Positions 32,982 to 44,291 of a stretch of 64,000 bases of DNA are shown one piece after another. How positions within the stretch are numbered: the first letter of the stretch is position 1; each line of letters starts with the position of its first letter. The notes beneath the pieces were generated by a model that was not told the origin of the DNA, searched no databases, and saw only the letters and a program-made list of their open reading frames with translations. Position numbers and translations under genes: made by a program. The DNA is from Escherichia coli (GTDB taxonomy: Bacteria; Pseudomonadota; Gammaproteobacteria; Enterobacterales; Enterobacteriaceae), in assembly GCF_003334305.1 (NCBI RefSeq), contig NZ_QOWS01000026.1; one strand, given 5' to 3'.

Positions 32982-34223
32982 ATGAAATGGTTTAACACCC
33001 TAAGCCACAACCGTTGGCTGGAACAGGAAACCGACCGCATCTTTGATTTTGGTAAAAATTCCGTAGTGCCGACTGGTTTTGGCTGGTTAGGCAATAAAGG
33101 GCAAATCAAAGAAGAGATGGGCACCCATCTGTGGATCACCGCTCGTATGTTGCACGTTTATTCCGTTGCTGCGGCGATGGGTCGACCTGGCGCTTACTCG
33201 TTGGTTGATCACGGTATCAAAGCCATGAACGGCGCACTGCGTGATAAAAAATATGGCGGCTGGTATGCCTGCGTGAATGACGAGGGCGTGGTGGATGCCT
33301 CCAAACAGGGCTATCAACACTTCTTTGCTCTGCTGGGTGCCGCCAGCGCCGTCACAACGGGTCACCCGGAAGCGCGCAAGCTGCTCGATTACACCATTGA
33401 AATTATCGAGAAATATTTCTGGAGCGAAGAAGAGCAGATGTGCCTGGAATCCTGGGACGAAGCCTTCAGCAAAACCGAAGAGTACCGCGGCGGCAATGCC
33501 AATATGCACGCGGTGGAAGCTTTCTTGATTGTTTATGACGTCACTCACGACAAAAAATGGCTGGATCGCGCGATTCGCGTGGCTTCCGTGATTATCCACG
33601 ACGTCGCCAGAAATAATCATTATCGCGTTAACGAACACTTCGATACCCAGTGGAATCCGCTGCCGGATTACAACAAAGATAACCCGGCGCATCGCTTCCG
33701 CGCGTTTGGAGGTACACCAGGCCACTGGATCGAATGGGGCCGTTTAATGCTGCACATCCATGCTGCCCTGGAAGCCCGTTGCGAACAACCACCAGCATGG
33801 CTGCTAGAAGATGCCAAAGGTCTGTTTAACGCCACCGTGCGCGATGCCTGGGCACCCGATGGCGCGGACGGGATTGTTTATACCGTTGACTGGGAAGGAA
33901 AACCGGTGGTCCGCGAACGTGTACGTTGGCCTATCGTCGAAGCAATGGGTACGGCCTACGCGCTCTACACCGTCACTGGCGATCGCCAGTATGAAACCTG
34001 GTATCAAACATGGTGGGAGTACTGCATTAAGTACCTGATGGACTATGAAAATGGTTCCTGGTGGCAGGAGCTGGATGCGGACAATAAGGTCACCACCAAA
34101 GTCTGGGACGGCAAACAGGATATTTATCACCTGCTGCATTGCCTGGTGATCCCGCGTATCCCGTTAGCGCCCGGCATGGCTCCAGCGGTTGCAGCGGGTC
34201 TGCTGGATATTAATGCGAAATAA
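32982..34223 (+). CDS. yihS: Sulfoquinovose isomerase
   Basis: 413 aa from ATG 32982 ([21 protein letters not shown]...), AGE-family fold. Confidence 0.93.
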   Translation: MKWFNTLSHNRWLEQETDRIFDFGKNSVVPTGFGWLGNKGQIKEEMGTHLWITARMLHVYSVAAAMGRPGAYSLVDHGIKAMNGALRDKKYGGWYACVNDEGVVDASKQGYQHFFALLGAASAVTTGHPEARKLLDYTIEIIEKYFWSEEEQMCLESWDEAFSKTEEYRGGNANMHAVEAFLIVYDVTHDKKWLDRAIRVASVIIHDVARNNHYRVNEHFDTQWNPLPDYNKDNPAHRFRAFGGTPGHWIEWGRLMLHIHAALEARCEQPPAWLLEDAKGLFNATVRDAWAPDGADGIVYTVDWEGKPVVRERVRWPIVEAMGTAYALYTVTGDRQYETWYQTWWEYCIKYLMDYENGSWWQELDADNKVTTKVWDGKQDIYHLLHCLVIPRIPLAPGMAPAVAAGLLDINAK

Positions 34224-34261
34224 CTGATCTGAAAATAGGGTGCGGGTTTTCCCCTCACCCT

Positions 34262-34310
34262 AACCCTCTCCCCAAAGGGGCGAGGGGACCGTCCGGTGCA
34301 GTTTTTGGGT
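34262..34310 (+). terminator. GC-rich inverted repeat after yihS
   Basis: ccctctcccc-aaa-ggggcgagggg at 34265..34288, then a T-run at about 34303..34307. Confidence 0.4.
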
Positions 34311-34336
34311 TTGACATCAGCCTCACGGGAGGCTGT

Positions 34337-35263
34337 ATGTCGTTAATTAAGGTGCCTTGTATGCAAATCACCAATATGCATTGCAGTGGACAGACCGTTT
34401 CACTTGCCGCGGGGGATTATCACGCGACCATTGTGACCGTCGGTGCTGGTCTGGCTGAATTAACCTTTCAGGGTTGTCATTTAGTCATCCCGCACAAACC
34501 CGAAGAGATGCCGCTGGCGCATCTGGGTAAAGTGCTTATTCCGTGGCCGAACCGGATCGCCAACGGCTGTTACCGCTATCAGGGGCAGGAATATCAGTTA
34601 CCCATTAATGAACATAGTTCAAAAGCCGCTATTCACGGGCTGCTTGCCTGGCGAGACTGGCAAATTAGTGAATTAACCGCCACCAGCGTTACCCTGACAG
34701 CTTTTCTGCCGCCCAGTTACGGCTATCCGTTTATGCTGGCTTCACAAGTTGTTTATTCGCTCAACGCACACACGGGTCTTTCCGTTGAGATCGCAAGCCA
34801 GAATATCGGCACTGTCGCAGCGCCTTATGGCGTGGGTATTCATACTTATTTAACCTGCAACTTAACATCTGTTGATGAATATCTGTTCCAGCTTCCGGCA
34901 AACCAGGTTTATGCCGTTGATGAACACGTAAATCCGACAACGCTTCACCACGTTGATGAGCTGGATTTAAATTTCACGCAGGCGAAAACAATAGCCGCGA
35001 CAAAAATCGACCACACCTTTAAAACCGCTAATGATCTGTGGGAAATAACCATTACCCATCCACAACAGGCGCTTTCGGTTAGCCTTTGTTGCGATCAACC
35101 CTGGGTACAAATTTATAGCGGTGAAAAATTACAGCGTCAGGGACTGGCAGTTGAACCTATGAGTTGCCCGCCTAACGCCTTTAATTCAGGTATCGACTTA
35201 TTATTACTGGAACCAGGAAAACCGCACCGCCTGTTTTTTAACATTTACGGACAGAGAAAATAA
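34337..35263 (+). CDS. yihR: Aldose-1-epimerase family mutarotase
   Basis: 308 aa ORF MSLIKVPCMQITNMHCSGQTVSLAAGDYHATIV...; GGGAGG SD upstream. Confidence 0.93.
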   Translation: MSLIKVPCMQITNMHCSGQTVSLAAGDYHATIVTVGAGLAELTFQGCHLVIPHKPEEMPLAHLGKVLIPWPNRIANGCYRYQGQEYQLPINEHSSKAAIHGLLAWRDWQISELTATSVTLTAFLPPSYGYPFMLASQVVYSLNAHTGLSVEIASQNIGTVAAPYGVGIHTYLTCNLTSVDEYLFQLPANQVYAVDEHVNPTTLHHVDELDLNFTQAKTIAATKIDHTFKTANDLWEITITHPQQALSVSLCCDQPWVQIYSGEKLQRQGLAVEPMSCPPNAFNSGIDLLLLEPGKPHRLFFNIYGQRK

Positions 35264-35461
35264 CTTGTATTGATTAGCAGTCAAAATCATTGAAGAACAT
35301 TTCACTCGCTAAAGGCAACATTATGTATCTTCAATTTATTAAGTTAAAAACAGCTCAGCTTCTGTAAAGTTTTTATATATCAGTTTTATGAGAATCATTT
35401 TACATAAGCCTGTAATAACAGGAAGGCAACAATCTCGTTCTCAACTCTATGGAGATTAGTT

Positions 35462-37498
35462 ATGGATACGCCACGTCCACAGTTATTAGATTTTCAATTT
35501 CATCAGAATAACGACAGTTTTACCCTACATTTTCAACAACGTCTTATTTTAACCCATAGCAAAGATAATCCTTGTTTATGGATTGGCTCAGGTATAGCGG
35601 ATATCGATATGTTCCGCGGTAATTTCAGCATTAAAGATAAACTACAGGAGAAAATTGCGCTTACCGACGCCATCGTCAGCCAGTCACCGGATGGTTGGTT
35701 AATTCATTTCAGCCGTGGTTCTGACATTAGCGCCACGCTGAATATCTCTGCCGACGATCAGGGCCGTTTATTGCTGGAACTACAAAACGACAACCTTAAC
35801 CACAACCGTATCTGGCTGCGCCTTGCCGCTCAACCAGAGGACCATATCTACGGCTGCGGCGAACAGTTTTCCTACTTCGATCTGCGTGGCAAACCGTTCC
35901 CGCTATGGACCAGTGAACAAGGCGTTGGTCGCAACAAACAAACCTATGTCACCTGGCAGGCCGACTGCAAAGAAAATGCGGGCGGCGACTATTACTGGAC
36001 TTTCTTCCCACAGCCTACGTTTGTCAGCACGCAGAAGTATTACTGCCATGTTGATAACAGTTGCTATATGAACTTCGACTTTAGTGCCCCGGAATACCAT
36101 GAACTGGCGCTGTGGGAAGACAAAGCAACGCTGCGTTTTGAATGTGCTGACACATACATTTCCCTGCTGGAAAAATTAACCGCCCTGCTGGGACGCCAGC
36201 CAGAACTGCCCGACTGGATTTATGACGGAGTAACGCTCGGCATTCAGGGCGGGACGGAAGTGTGCCAGAAGAAACTGGACACCATGCGTAACGCGGGCGT
36301 GAAGGTCAACGGCATCTGGGCGCAGGACTGGTCCGGTATTCGTATGACCTCTTTTGGCAAACGCGTGATGTGGAACTGGAAGTGGAACAGCGAAAACTAC
36401 CCGCAACTGGATTCACGCATTAAGCAGTGGAATCAGGAGGGCGTGCAGTTCCTGGCCTATATCAACCCGTATGTTGCCAGCGATAAAGATCTCTGCGAAG
36501 AAGCGGCACAACACGGCTATCTGGCAAAAGATGCCTCTGGCGGTGACTATCTGGTGGAGTTTGGCGAGTTTTACGGCGGCGTTGTCGATCTCACTAATCC
36601 AGAAGCCTACGCCTGGTTCAAGGAAGTGATCAAAAAGAACATGATTGAACTCGGCTGCGGCGGCTGGATGGCTGACTTCGGCGAGTATCTGCCCACCGAC
36701 ACTTACCTGCATAACGGCATCAGCGCCGAAATTATGCATAACGCCTGGCCCGCGCTGTGGGCGAAATGTAACTACGAAGCCCTTGAAGAAACGGGCAAGC
36801 TCGGCGAGATCCTTTTCTTTATGCGCGCCGGTTCTACCGGTAGCCAGAAATACTCCACCATGATGTGGGCGGGCGACCAGAACGTCGACTGGAGTCTCGA
36901 CGATGGCCTGGCGTCGGTTGTCCCGGCGGCGCTGTCGCTGGCAATGACCGGACATGGCCTGCACCACAGCGACATTGGCGGTTACACCACCCTGTTTGAG
37001 ATGAAGCGCAGCAAAGAGCTGCTGCTGCGCTGGTGCGATTTCAGCGCCTTCACGCCGATGATGCGCACCCACGAAGGTAACCGTCCTGGCGACAACTGGC
37101 AGTTTGACGGCGACGCAGAAACTATCGCCCATTTTGCCCGTATGACCTCCGTCTTCACCACCCTGAAACCTTACCTGAAAGAGGCTGTCGCGCTGAATGC
37201 GAAGTCCGGCCTGCCGGTTATGCGCCCGCTGTTCCTGCATTACGAAGACGATGCGCACACTTACACCCTGAAATATCAGTACCTGTTAGGTCGCGACATT
37301 CTGGTCGCTCCGGTGCATGAAGAAGGCCGTAGCGACTGGACGCTCTATCTGCCGGAGGATAACTGGGTCCACGCCTGGACGGGTGAAGCGTTCCGGGGCG
37401 GGGAAGTTACCGTTAATGCGCCCATCGGCAAGCCGCCGGTCTTTTATCGCGCCGATAGCGAATGGGCGGCACTGTTCGCGTCGTTAAAAAGCATCTAA
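35462..37498 (+). CDS. yihQ: Sulfoquinovosidase (GH31 alpha-glycosidase)
   Basis: 678 aa ORF MDTPRPQLLDFQFHQNNDSFTLHF..., GH31 catalytic region WxDxGE. Confidence 0.95.
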   Translation: MDTPRPQLLDFQFHQNNDSFTLHFQQRLILTHSKDNPCLWIGSGIADIDMFRGNFSIKDKLQEKIALTDAIVSQSPDGWLIHFSRGSDISATLNISADDQGRLLLELQNDNLNHNRIWLRLAAQPEDHIYGCGEQFSYFDLRGKPFPLWTSEQGVGRNKQTYVTWQADCKENAGGDYYWTFFPQPTFVSTQKYYCHVDNSCYMNFDFSAPEYHELALWEDKATLRFECADTYISLLEKLTALLGRQPELPDWIYDGVTLGIQGGTEVCQKKLDTMRNAGVKVNGIWAQDWSGIRMTSFGKRVMWNWKWNSENYPQLDSRIKQWNQEGVQFLAYINPYVASDKDLCEEAAQHGYLAKDASGGDYLVEFGEFYGGVVDLTNPEAYAWFKEVIKKNMIELGCGGWMADFGEYLPTDTYLHNGISAEIMHNAWPALWAKCNYEALEETGKLGEILFFMRAGSTGSQKYSTMMWAGDQNVDWSLDDGLASVVPAALSLAMTGHGLHHSDIGGYTTLFEMKRSKELLLRWCDFSAFTPMMRTHEGNRPGDNWQFDGDAETIAHFARMTSVFTTLKPYLKEAVALNAKSGLPVMRPLFLHYEDDAHTYTLKYQYLLGRDILVAPVHEEGRSDWTLYLPEDNWVHAWTGEAFRGGEVTVNAPIGKPPVFYRADSEWAALFASLKSI

Positions 37499-37543
37499 TC
37501 ACATCCGCCCGTGGGGAAACTCATGGGCAAAGGGAGAACATCG

Positions 37544-38929
37544 ATGAGTCACATCACAACGGAAGATCCAGCAACTTTACGCCTGCCCTTTAAAGAGAAA
37601 CTCTCTTACGGTATTGGCGACCTGGCCTCTAACATCCTGCTGGATATCGGTACGCTTTATCTTTTGAAGTTTTATACCGACGTTCTGGGGCTGCCAGGCA
37701 CCTATGGCGGCATTATCTTTTTGATTTCAAAATTCTTTACTGCGTTTACCGATATGGGTACCGGCATTATGTTGGATTCCCGACGCAAGATCGGTCCAAA
37801 AGGTAAGTTCCGTCCTTTTATTCTGTATGCGTCATTCCCGGTCACCTTACTGGCGATCGCCAACTTTGTCGGCACACCGTTTGATGTCACCGGTAAAACG
37901 GTGATGGCCACTATTCTGTTTATGCTTTACGGACTGTTTTTCAGCATGATGAACTGCTCCTACGGCGCAATGGTTCCCGCTATCACCAAAAACCCCAACG
38001 AACGCGCCTCACTGGCGGCATGGCGTCAGGGCGGCGCTACGCTGGGCCTGCTGCTGTGCACGGTGGGATTCGTGCCAGTGATGAATCTTATCGAGGGTAA
38101 TCAGCAACTTGGCTATATCTTCGCCGCCACGCTGTTTTCACTGTTCGGCCTGCTGTTTATGTGGATCTGCTACTCAGGCGTGAAAGAGCGTTATGTCGAA
38201 ACCCAACCAACCAATCCGGCGCAAAAGCCTGGCCTGTTGCAATCTTTCCGCGCAATTGCCGGTAACCGCCCACTGTTCATTCTGTGTATTGCCAACCTCT
38301 GCACCTTAGGGGCGTTTAACGTCAAGCTCGCCATTCAGGTCTATTACACCCAGTACGTACTTAACGATCCCATCCTGTTGTCGTATATGGGATTTTTCAG
38401 CATGGGCTGTATTTTCATCGGCGTGTTCCTGATGCCTGGCGCAGTCAGACGTTTTGGTAAGAAGAAGGTCTATATCGGCGGCCTGCTGATTTGGGTGCTG
38501 GGCGATCTGCTCAACTATTTCTTCGGCGGCGGCTCGGTCAGCTTTGTGGCGTTCTCCTGCCTGGCGTTCTTCGGCTCAGCGTTTGTTAACAGCCTGAACT
38601 GGGCGCTGGTTTCCGACACCGTCGAGTACGGCGAGTGGCGCACCGGCGTGCGTTCGGAAGGAACGGTCTACACCGGTTTTACCTTCTTTCGCAAAGTGTC
38701 TCAGGCGCTGGCTGGTTTCTTCCCCGGCTGGATGCTGACGCAAATTGGCTATGTGCCGAACGTCGCACAGGCTGACCACACCATTGAAGGGTTACGCCAG
38801 TTGATCTTCATCTACCCAAGCGCACTGGCGGTAGTCACCATTGTGGCGATGGGTTGCTTCTACAGCCTGAACGAGAAGATGTATGTCCGCATTGTGGAAG
38901 AGATAGAAGCCCGTAAACGCACGGCGTAA
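37544..38929 (+). CDS. yihP: GPH-family sugar:cation symporter
   Basis: 461 aa from ATG 37544 (MSHITTEDPATLRLPFKEKLSYGIGDLASN...) with AGGGAG SD; track ORF starts at upstream GTG 37511. Confidence 0.88.
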   Translation: MSHITTEDPATLRLPFKEKLSYGIGDLASNILLDIGTLYLLKFYTDVLGLPGTYGGIIFLISKFFTAFTDMGTGIMLDSRRKIGPKGKFRPFILYASFPVTLLAIANFVGTPFDVTGKTVMATILFMLYGLFFSMMNCSYGAMVPAITKNPNERASLAAWRQGGATLGLLLCTVGFVPVMNLIEGNQQLGYIFAATLFSLFGLLFMWICYSGVKERYVETQPTNPAQKPGLLQSFRAIAGNRPLFILCIANLCTLGAFNVKLAIQVYYTQYVLNDPILLSYMGFFSMGCIFIGVFLMPGAVRRFGKKKVYIGGLLIWVLGDLLNYFFGGGSVSFVAFSCLAFFGSAFVNSLNWALVSDTVEYGEWRTGVRSEGTVYTGFTFFRKVSQALAGFFPGWMLTQIGYVPNVAQADHTIEGLRQLIFIYPSALAVVTIVAMGCFYSLNEKMYVRIVEEIEARKRTA

Positions 38930-38971
38930 TAATAATAAACGACGCCCTGCGGGGCGTTATAAGGAGTGATT

Positions 38972-40375
38972 ATGTCTGACCATAATCCACTGACATTAAA
39001 ACTGAATCTGCGGGAAAAAATCGCCTATGGTATGGGCGACGTCGGTTCGAATTTAATGCTCTGCATCGGTACTCTGTATCTCCTCAAATTTTATACCGAT
39101 GAATTAGGGATGCCTGCTTACTATGGCGGGATTATCTTTCTGGTGGCGAAGTTTTTTACCGCGTTTACCGATATGCTCACCGGATTTTTACTCGACTCGC
39201 GGAAAAATATTGGGCCTAAAGGCAAATTTCGTCCCTTTATTTTATATGCAGCGGTTCCGGCGGCGTTAATTGCAACGCTCCAGTTTATCGCCACCACCTT
39301 TTGTTTGCCGGTTAAAACGACGATTGCCACCGCGCTGTTTATGATGTTTGGACTTTCATACAGTCTGATGAACTGCTCGTATGGTGCGATGATCCCGGCA
39401 ATTACCAAAAACCCGAATGAGCGCGCGCAGCTCGCGGCTTACCGCCAGGGTGGTGCAACCATAGGGCTATTGATTTGTACCGTGGCGTTTATTCCGTTGC
39501 AGTCGCTTTTTTCTGACTCAACCGTCGGTTATGCCTGTGCGGCACTTATGTTCTCCATTGGCGGCTTTATTTTTATGATGCTGTGCTACAGAGGCGTCAA
39601 AGAGCATTATGTGGACACAGCGCCAACCGGACATAAAGCCAGTATTCTCAAATCTTTTTGCGCGATATTTCGTAATCCACCATTGCTGGTTTTATGCATT
39701 GCTAACCTGTGTACTCTGGCGGCATTTAATATCAAACTGGCGATTCAGGTCTATTACACCCAGTATGTGCTGAATGATATTAATTTATTGTCGTGGATGG
39801 GATTCTTCAGTATGGGATGCATCCTCGTCGGCGTATTACTGGTGCCAGTAACTGTAAAATGTTTTGGTAAAAAACAGGTTTATTTAGCTGGCATGGTGCT
39901 ATGGGCGGTGGGTGATATCCTGAATTATTTCTGGGGAAGTAACTCTTTCACTTTCGTCATGTTCTCTTGTGTCGCCTTTTTTGGCACGGCCTTTGTAAAC
40001 AGCCTGAACTGGGCACTGGTACCAGATACCGTAGATTACGGTGAATGGAAAACCGGTATTCGTGCCGAAGGTTCTGTTTATACCGGTTATACCTTCTTTC
40101 GTAAAATTTCTGCCGCACTTGCTGGCTTCTTGCCAGGCATTATGCTGACGCAAATTGGTTATGTTCCCAACATCGCGCAAAGCGATGCGACATTACAGGG
40201 TTTGCGTCAGCTCATTTTTATCTGGCCTTGTGCACTGGCAATTATTGCTGCATTGACGATGGGATTCTTTTACACACTCAATGAAAAACGGTTTGCATTG
40301 ATTATTGAGGAAATCAACCAACGCAAAAATAAAGAGATGGCGACAGAAGAAAAAACGGCTTCCGTAACGTTATAA
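38972..40375 (+). CDS. yihO: GPH-family sulfoquinovose transporter
   Basis: 467 aa from ATG 38972 (MSDHNPLTLKLNLREKIAYGMGDVGSN...) with AAGGAG SD; paralog of the adjacent yihP. Confidence 0.9.
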   Translation: MSDHNPLTLKLNLREKIAYGMGDVGSNLMLCIGTLYLLKFYTDELGMPAYYGGIIFLVAKFFTAFTDMLTGFLLDSRKNIGPKGKFRPFILYAAVPAALIATLQFIATTFCLPVKTTIATALFMMFGLSYSLMNCSYGAMIPAITKNPNERAQLAAYRQGGATIGLLICTVAFIPLQSLFSDSTVGYACAALMFSIGGFIFMMLCYRGVKEHYVDTAPTGHKASILKSFCAIFRNPPLLVLCIANLCTLAAFNIKLAIQVYYTQYVLNDINLLSWMGFFSMGCILVGVLLVPVTVKCFGKKQVYLAGMVLWAVGDILNYFWGSNSFTFVMFSCVAFFGTAFVNSLNWALVPDTVDYGEWKTGIRAEGSVYTGYTFFRKISAALAGFLPGIMLTQIGYVPNIAQSDATLQGLRQLIFIWPCALAIIAALTMGFFYTLNEKRFALIIEEINQRKNKEMATEEKTASVTL

Positions 40376-40442
40376 ATGTCAATAGCCGCTATTTCCATCC
40401 TGGTGGGTGGCGGCCTCCCTACGTTTAAAAAATGGACTTATT

Positions 40443-41135
40443 ATGAAAAAGATTAATGCAATAATTTTATTATCTTCTCTGACCTCTGCCTCGGTATTTG
40501 CTGGCGCATACGTCGAAAACAGGGAGGCATATAATCTTGCCTCCGATCAGGGCGAGGTTATGCTACGTGTGGGTTATAACTTCGATATGGGCGCGGGTAT
40601 TATGTTAACCAATACCTACACCTTTCAGCGAGAAGATGAACTAAAACATGGCTATAATGAAATTGAAGGTTGGTATCCTTTATTCAAACCAACCGATAAA
40701 TTAACCATCCAGCCCGGTGGCTTAATTAATGATAAGAGTATCGGTTCGGGTGGTGCAGTGTATCTGGACGTCAACTATAAATTTGTACCATGGTTTAATC
40801 TGACAGTACGAAATCGCTATAACCATAATAACTATAGTTCAACAGATTTGAGCGGGGAACTGGATAATAATGACACCTATGAAATTGGCACCTACTGGAA
40901 TTTTAAAATCACCGATAAATTTTCCTATACATTTGAGCCACATTACTTCATGCGAGTGAATGACTTTAATAGTAGCAACGGGAAAGATCATCATTGGGAA
41001 ATCACTAACACCTTCCGTTACCGTATTAATGAACACTGGCTCCCTTATTTCGAATTGCGCTGGTTAGACCGCAACGTCGAACCGTACCACCGCGAGCAAA
41101 ACCAGATCCGTATCGGGACGAAGTATTTCTTCTGA
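40443..41135 (+). CDS. ompL: Outer membrane porin L
   Basis: 230 aa from ATG 40443 (MKKINAIILLSSLTSASVFAGAYVEN...), signal peptide, C-terminal ..YFF typical of beta-barrel OMPs. Confidence 0.9.
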   Translation: MKKINAIILLSSLTSASVFAGAYVENREAYNLASDQGEVMLRVGYNFDMGAGIMLTNTYTFQREDELKHGYNEIEGWYPLFKPTDKLTIQPGGLINDKSIGSGGAVYLDVNYKFVPWFNLTVRNRYNHNNYSSTDLSGELDNNDTYEIGTYWNFKITDKFSYTFEPHYFMRVNDFNSSNGKDHHWEITNTFRYRINEHWLPYFELRWLDRNVEPYHREQNQIRIGTKYFF

Positions 41136-41144
41136 TGTGAAACT

Positions 41145-41222
<78 letters not shown>

Positions 41223-41225
41223 TAA

Positions 41226-42491
41226 TTAAGCTTCAGCCGCCAGCATCTCTTTCTTACGTTGGCTAATACGCTTAACCAGCATTACGGAAACCACCGCACC
41301 ACAGAATGCGAAGCAGGCCATAATGCCAAACACGATTTTGTAGCCAATAATCCCCGGATTTAAATCCAGAATGTAGCCATACAGACTGAAGCAGAACATC
41401 GCCGGGGCGTAACCAATAAAGCTACCCAACGCCATCGCCGCGCCTGTTTTATTTTCAGCAATTTTTGCTTCGCCGATAGGTGCAAAAAATACGGCTCGCT
41501 GTGTAAAGACTATCGCGCCAAAGCCCAGCGTACATGCCATCCCTAAATAGACCGGCATACTTTCGTGCGGCAGCATAATCAACAGTACGAGCGCAGCGGT
41601 ACTGATGATAAAGGTGTAGCATAGATATTTACTCGGCGATTTCAGGATCTTATCTGAAATCATGCCACCAATCGGTCCACCAATCATTTTCAGACAGTAT
41701 TGGTTAATGATGCCGTAAGCCCCCACCAGCGCAACGGGCAATAGATAGATGTTTTTCAGGAATGGAATGAAGAATGTCAGGCCACAGTAAACCGCGTAAA
41801 CGAAGAAGACGTTAAAAGCGATAAGCCAGATGGTTTTGTCTCTCAGCACCGAGGTCATACTGGTGTTTTGCGATGCTCCGTCTTCTTTTTTCACCTCAAC
41901 GGACGGTGCCTCTTCTTTGTCATTCAGGACAAAGAAAATAATAATGCCTACGGCAATCACAATAAGGGAATAGAACCAGATGCCTGCTTTAAAACCCAAT
42001 AAGCCACTGCCAAACCAGGTAAATACTGCCAACGCAGAAAATGCCACCACGGTATCGACAATGCCACGCCCTGTTTCGAAGAAGCCAAACAACCGACCTT
42101 GTTGTTCGCTATTGCCCAATCGACTTACCGACTTGAGCAAGACCGGCCAGTTCATCATGTCGCAAGTAACGCCAAATAGCGCCCAGACAAAGAGGATGCC
42201 CCAATACCCCGGCATTGTCGTCAAATAAACACCCAGTAATCCTGTCGCAATGAGTGAGAATGACATGGTGTATCTGCGCGGTAGTTTATCGGCAAAATAA
42301 ATAGACAGAAAAAAACCCACTGTCGTGACAAATGAGTTTACCGACATAGCATTACCAATTTGACCATTGGTCAAATGGAAATATTCCTGCATCGGGATAT
42401 AAAACGCATCTTTCAGCGACGGTAATTTATAAATTGTACCGCCACACAATGTTAATAGACTAAATAACGCCCATTTCTTTTTCGTGAGCAT
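41226..42491 (-). CDS. yihN: MFS-family transporter
   Basis: 421 aa ORF, 12-TM profile, recognised as YihN. Confidence 0.9.
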   Translation of the reverse strand: MLTKKKWALFSLLTLCGGTIYKLPSLKDAFYIPMQEYFHLTNGQIGNAMSVNSFVTTVGFFLSIYFADKLPRRYTMSFSLIATGLLGVYLTTMPGYWGILFVWALFGVTCDMMNWPVLLKSVSRLGNSEQQGRLFGFFETGRGIVDTVVAFSALAVFTWFGSGLLGFKAGIWFYSLIVIAVGIIIFFVLNDKEEAPSVEVKKEDGASQNTSMTSVLRDKTIWLIAFNVFFVYAVYCGLTFFIPFLKNIYLLPVALVGAYGIINQYCLKMIGGPIGGMISDKILKSPSKYLCYTFIISTAALVLLIMLPHESMPVYLGMACTLGFGAIVFTQRAVFFAPIGEAKIAENKTGAAMALGSFIGYAPAMFCFSLYGYILDLNPGIIGYKIVFGIMACFAFCGAVVSVMLVKRISQRKKEMLAAEA

Positions 42492-42592
42492 AACATCCCC
42501 TAAGCGATTTTTAAAATCACTGTTTTAAAGGCAATAAGATACCGACCATTCATATGGAATGGTTTTATTAACTGCGTATGAGTTAAAACTTA

Positions 42593-43573
42593 TTAGTGGT
42601 TCAGAAGATGGTTTGCCTCTTGTTTGATTTGTTGTAGTACGTTACGCACATGATTTATCTGATTAATTGCATCTTCTTTTTCTTTACGTAACCGCGCATC
42701 CAGTAAATGATTTTCTGGCAATGGTGTTTCACTCATCTGGCGATAAGGGATCCACGGATTATCATCTTCGTCTTCAAAGCGGAACGCCGGCGCATAGTAA
42801 TCAACCTCTTCTTCCAGGCCATATGCCGTCACCTGCGGCTCATCATCACCCAGGCATATAAGGTGCGTTAATAACGCTTTGAACGGCATATCACCCTGAC
42901 CTGAAATACAGGCTTTATGACCCAGGCCACCCGGTTCTTTAACGATCAAGGCATCTTTGATATGGACCTGGGTAATATGCGGCGCCATCGTTTTTAAAGC
43001 GTCGATGGGATGCTCATTTGCATTGATCATGTTCGCAAAATCAAACAGTAAGGAAAGAGATTCCATCTCACTTTCTTTGACCAGCGACACCAGCTCATGG
43101 CTTTTTAAATCTTCATGCTGTTCGATCGTAAAAGTCAGGCCGCTGTCCTGATACGTTTCCCGTACATAGGCAATGTCGTTAGCGATGATCGATAATACGT
43201 CGCGCAAATTACCTTCATAACGTGGATAAAAACGTACGGACGATGCCCCAGTTTTCAACGCAATGGCGACGGCTTCGTCAATAGATGCCTTATCTGAGGC
43301 GCTGGTTTCAATATGAATATCAAGGTTCAGACGGCGGGCTTTATCTCCAAAGGCAGAGAGTTCTTTATCGTCCATATTACCAAGAGAAAAACGCTCGCCA
43401 TCCAGAACATGGATTTTGACGCCACGTAGATTATTTTCACTTGCGATATCAAGTAAATCAGCAGGCAACACTCTTTCCAGCCGCATATTTAAATGAAAGG
43501 CATAAGCATGTAAATAAAGAGGAAGAGTGTCGACACGTTGTAGAATCTTTCTTGCGTTATTTATTGTCACCAT
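42593..43573 (-). CDS. yihM: Sugar-phosphate isomerase/epimerase (TIM-barrel) family protein
   Basis: 326 aa ORF MVTINNARKILQRVDTLPLYLHAYAFHLNMR..., recognised as YihM. Confidence 0.9.
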   Translation of the reverse strand: MVTINNARKILQRVDTLPLYLHAYAFHLNMRLERVLPADLLDIASENNLRGVKIHVLDGERFSLGNMDDKELSAFGDKARRLNLDIHIETSASDKASIDEAVAIALKTGASSVRFYPRYEGNLRDVLSIIANDIAYVRETYQDSGLTFTIEQHEDLKSHELVSLVKESEMESLSLLFDFANMINANEHPIDALKTMAPHITQVHIKDALIVKEPGGLGHKACISGQGDMPFKALLTHLICLGDDEPQVTAYGLEEEVDYYAPAFRFEDEDDNPWIPYRQMSETPLPENHLLDARLRKEKEDAINQINHVRNVLQQIKQEANHLLNH

Positions 43574-43580
43574 AAAACAC

Positions 43581-44291
43581 CTACAGATTAATGATGAGGT
43601 CTACGGCCTCAAATCGCCAATATTCAATATCTATCTGGACAATATTGCCTTGCTGGTCGGCGCGATGCTTTTCAATTAAGATCGCTGGCATACCCGCAGA
43701 ACCGCCAAGATACTTGCTGATATCGCCCGGCATTCTGACGGGTTTGAAAATCAATTTTTTTACTACCGTCTCTTTTTGGTAGCACTTTTCCCAGACTGCA
43801 GAAAATGAGTGGTTTTCAAGTTGTTCAATAAAACCCGGAGCAACTTCAGGATTAATATATGTTTCGTGATAGAAAACTTTATGTCCTTCCAGCGCCCCCC
43901 AGCCGGTGATGCGATAGAGTTCAGTTGATGGTGTCACTGCAATCAGTGGCGCGAGCGTCTTGGGAATATCGCTGGTACGGTTTTTCTCGGTAAACCCCCA
44001 GGAAGGCTCTCGTCCTTGCTCAATTGCGGCCCGCTGAAAGCTCGCCGACAACTCCGGACTGTAATTAAATCGCGGCTGGGTCACGAACCACCCCTTACGA
44101 TCCTTACGGAAGATTTTGGATTCTGCCTCGAGGTTCAACAACGCCTGGCGCAGCGTCATACGTTTAATGCCCAGCAGTTCTCCCAGCTCTCTTTCTGAAG
44201 GGAGTTTTCCACCCGGCGTGGTGATGCCATCTTTCAACCACCGATCCAGTTTCTCTTTTGCATTTTCTACGGTGGATTGATTCTCCGCCAT
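43581..44291 (-). CDS. yihL: GntR-family transcriptional regulator
   Basis: 236 aa ORF with N-terminal wHTH (..ERELGELLGIKRMTLRQAL..) and UTRA-like C-terminal domain. Confidence 0.9.
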   Translation of the reverse strand: MAENQSTVENAKEKLDRWLKDGITTPGGKLPSERELGELLGIKRMTLRQALLNLEAESKIFRKDRKGWFVTQPRFNYSPELSASFQRAAIEQGREPSWGFTEKNRTSDIPKTLAPLIAVTPSTELYRITGWGALEGHKVFYHETYINPEVAPGFIEQLENHSFSAVWEKCYQKETVVKKLIFKPVRMPGDISKYLGGSAGMPAILIEKHRADQQGNIVQIDIEYWRFEAVDLIINL

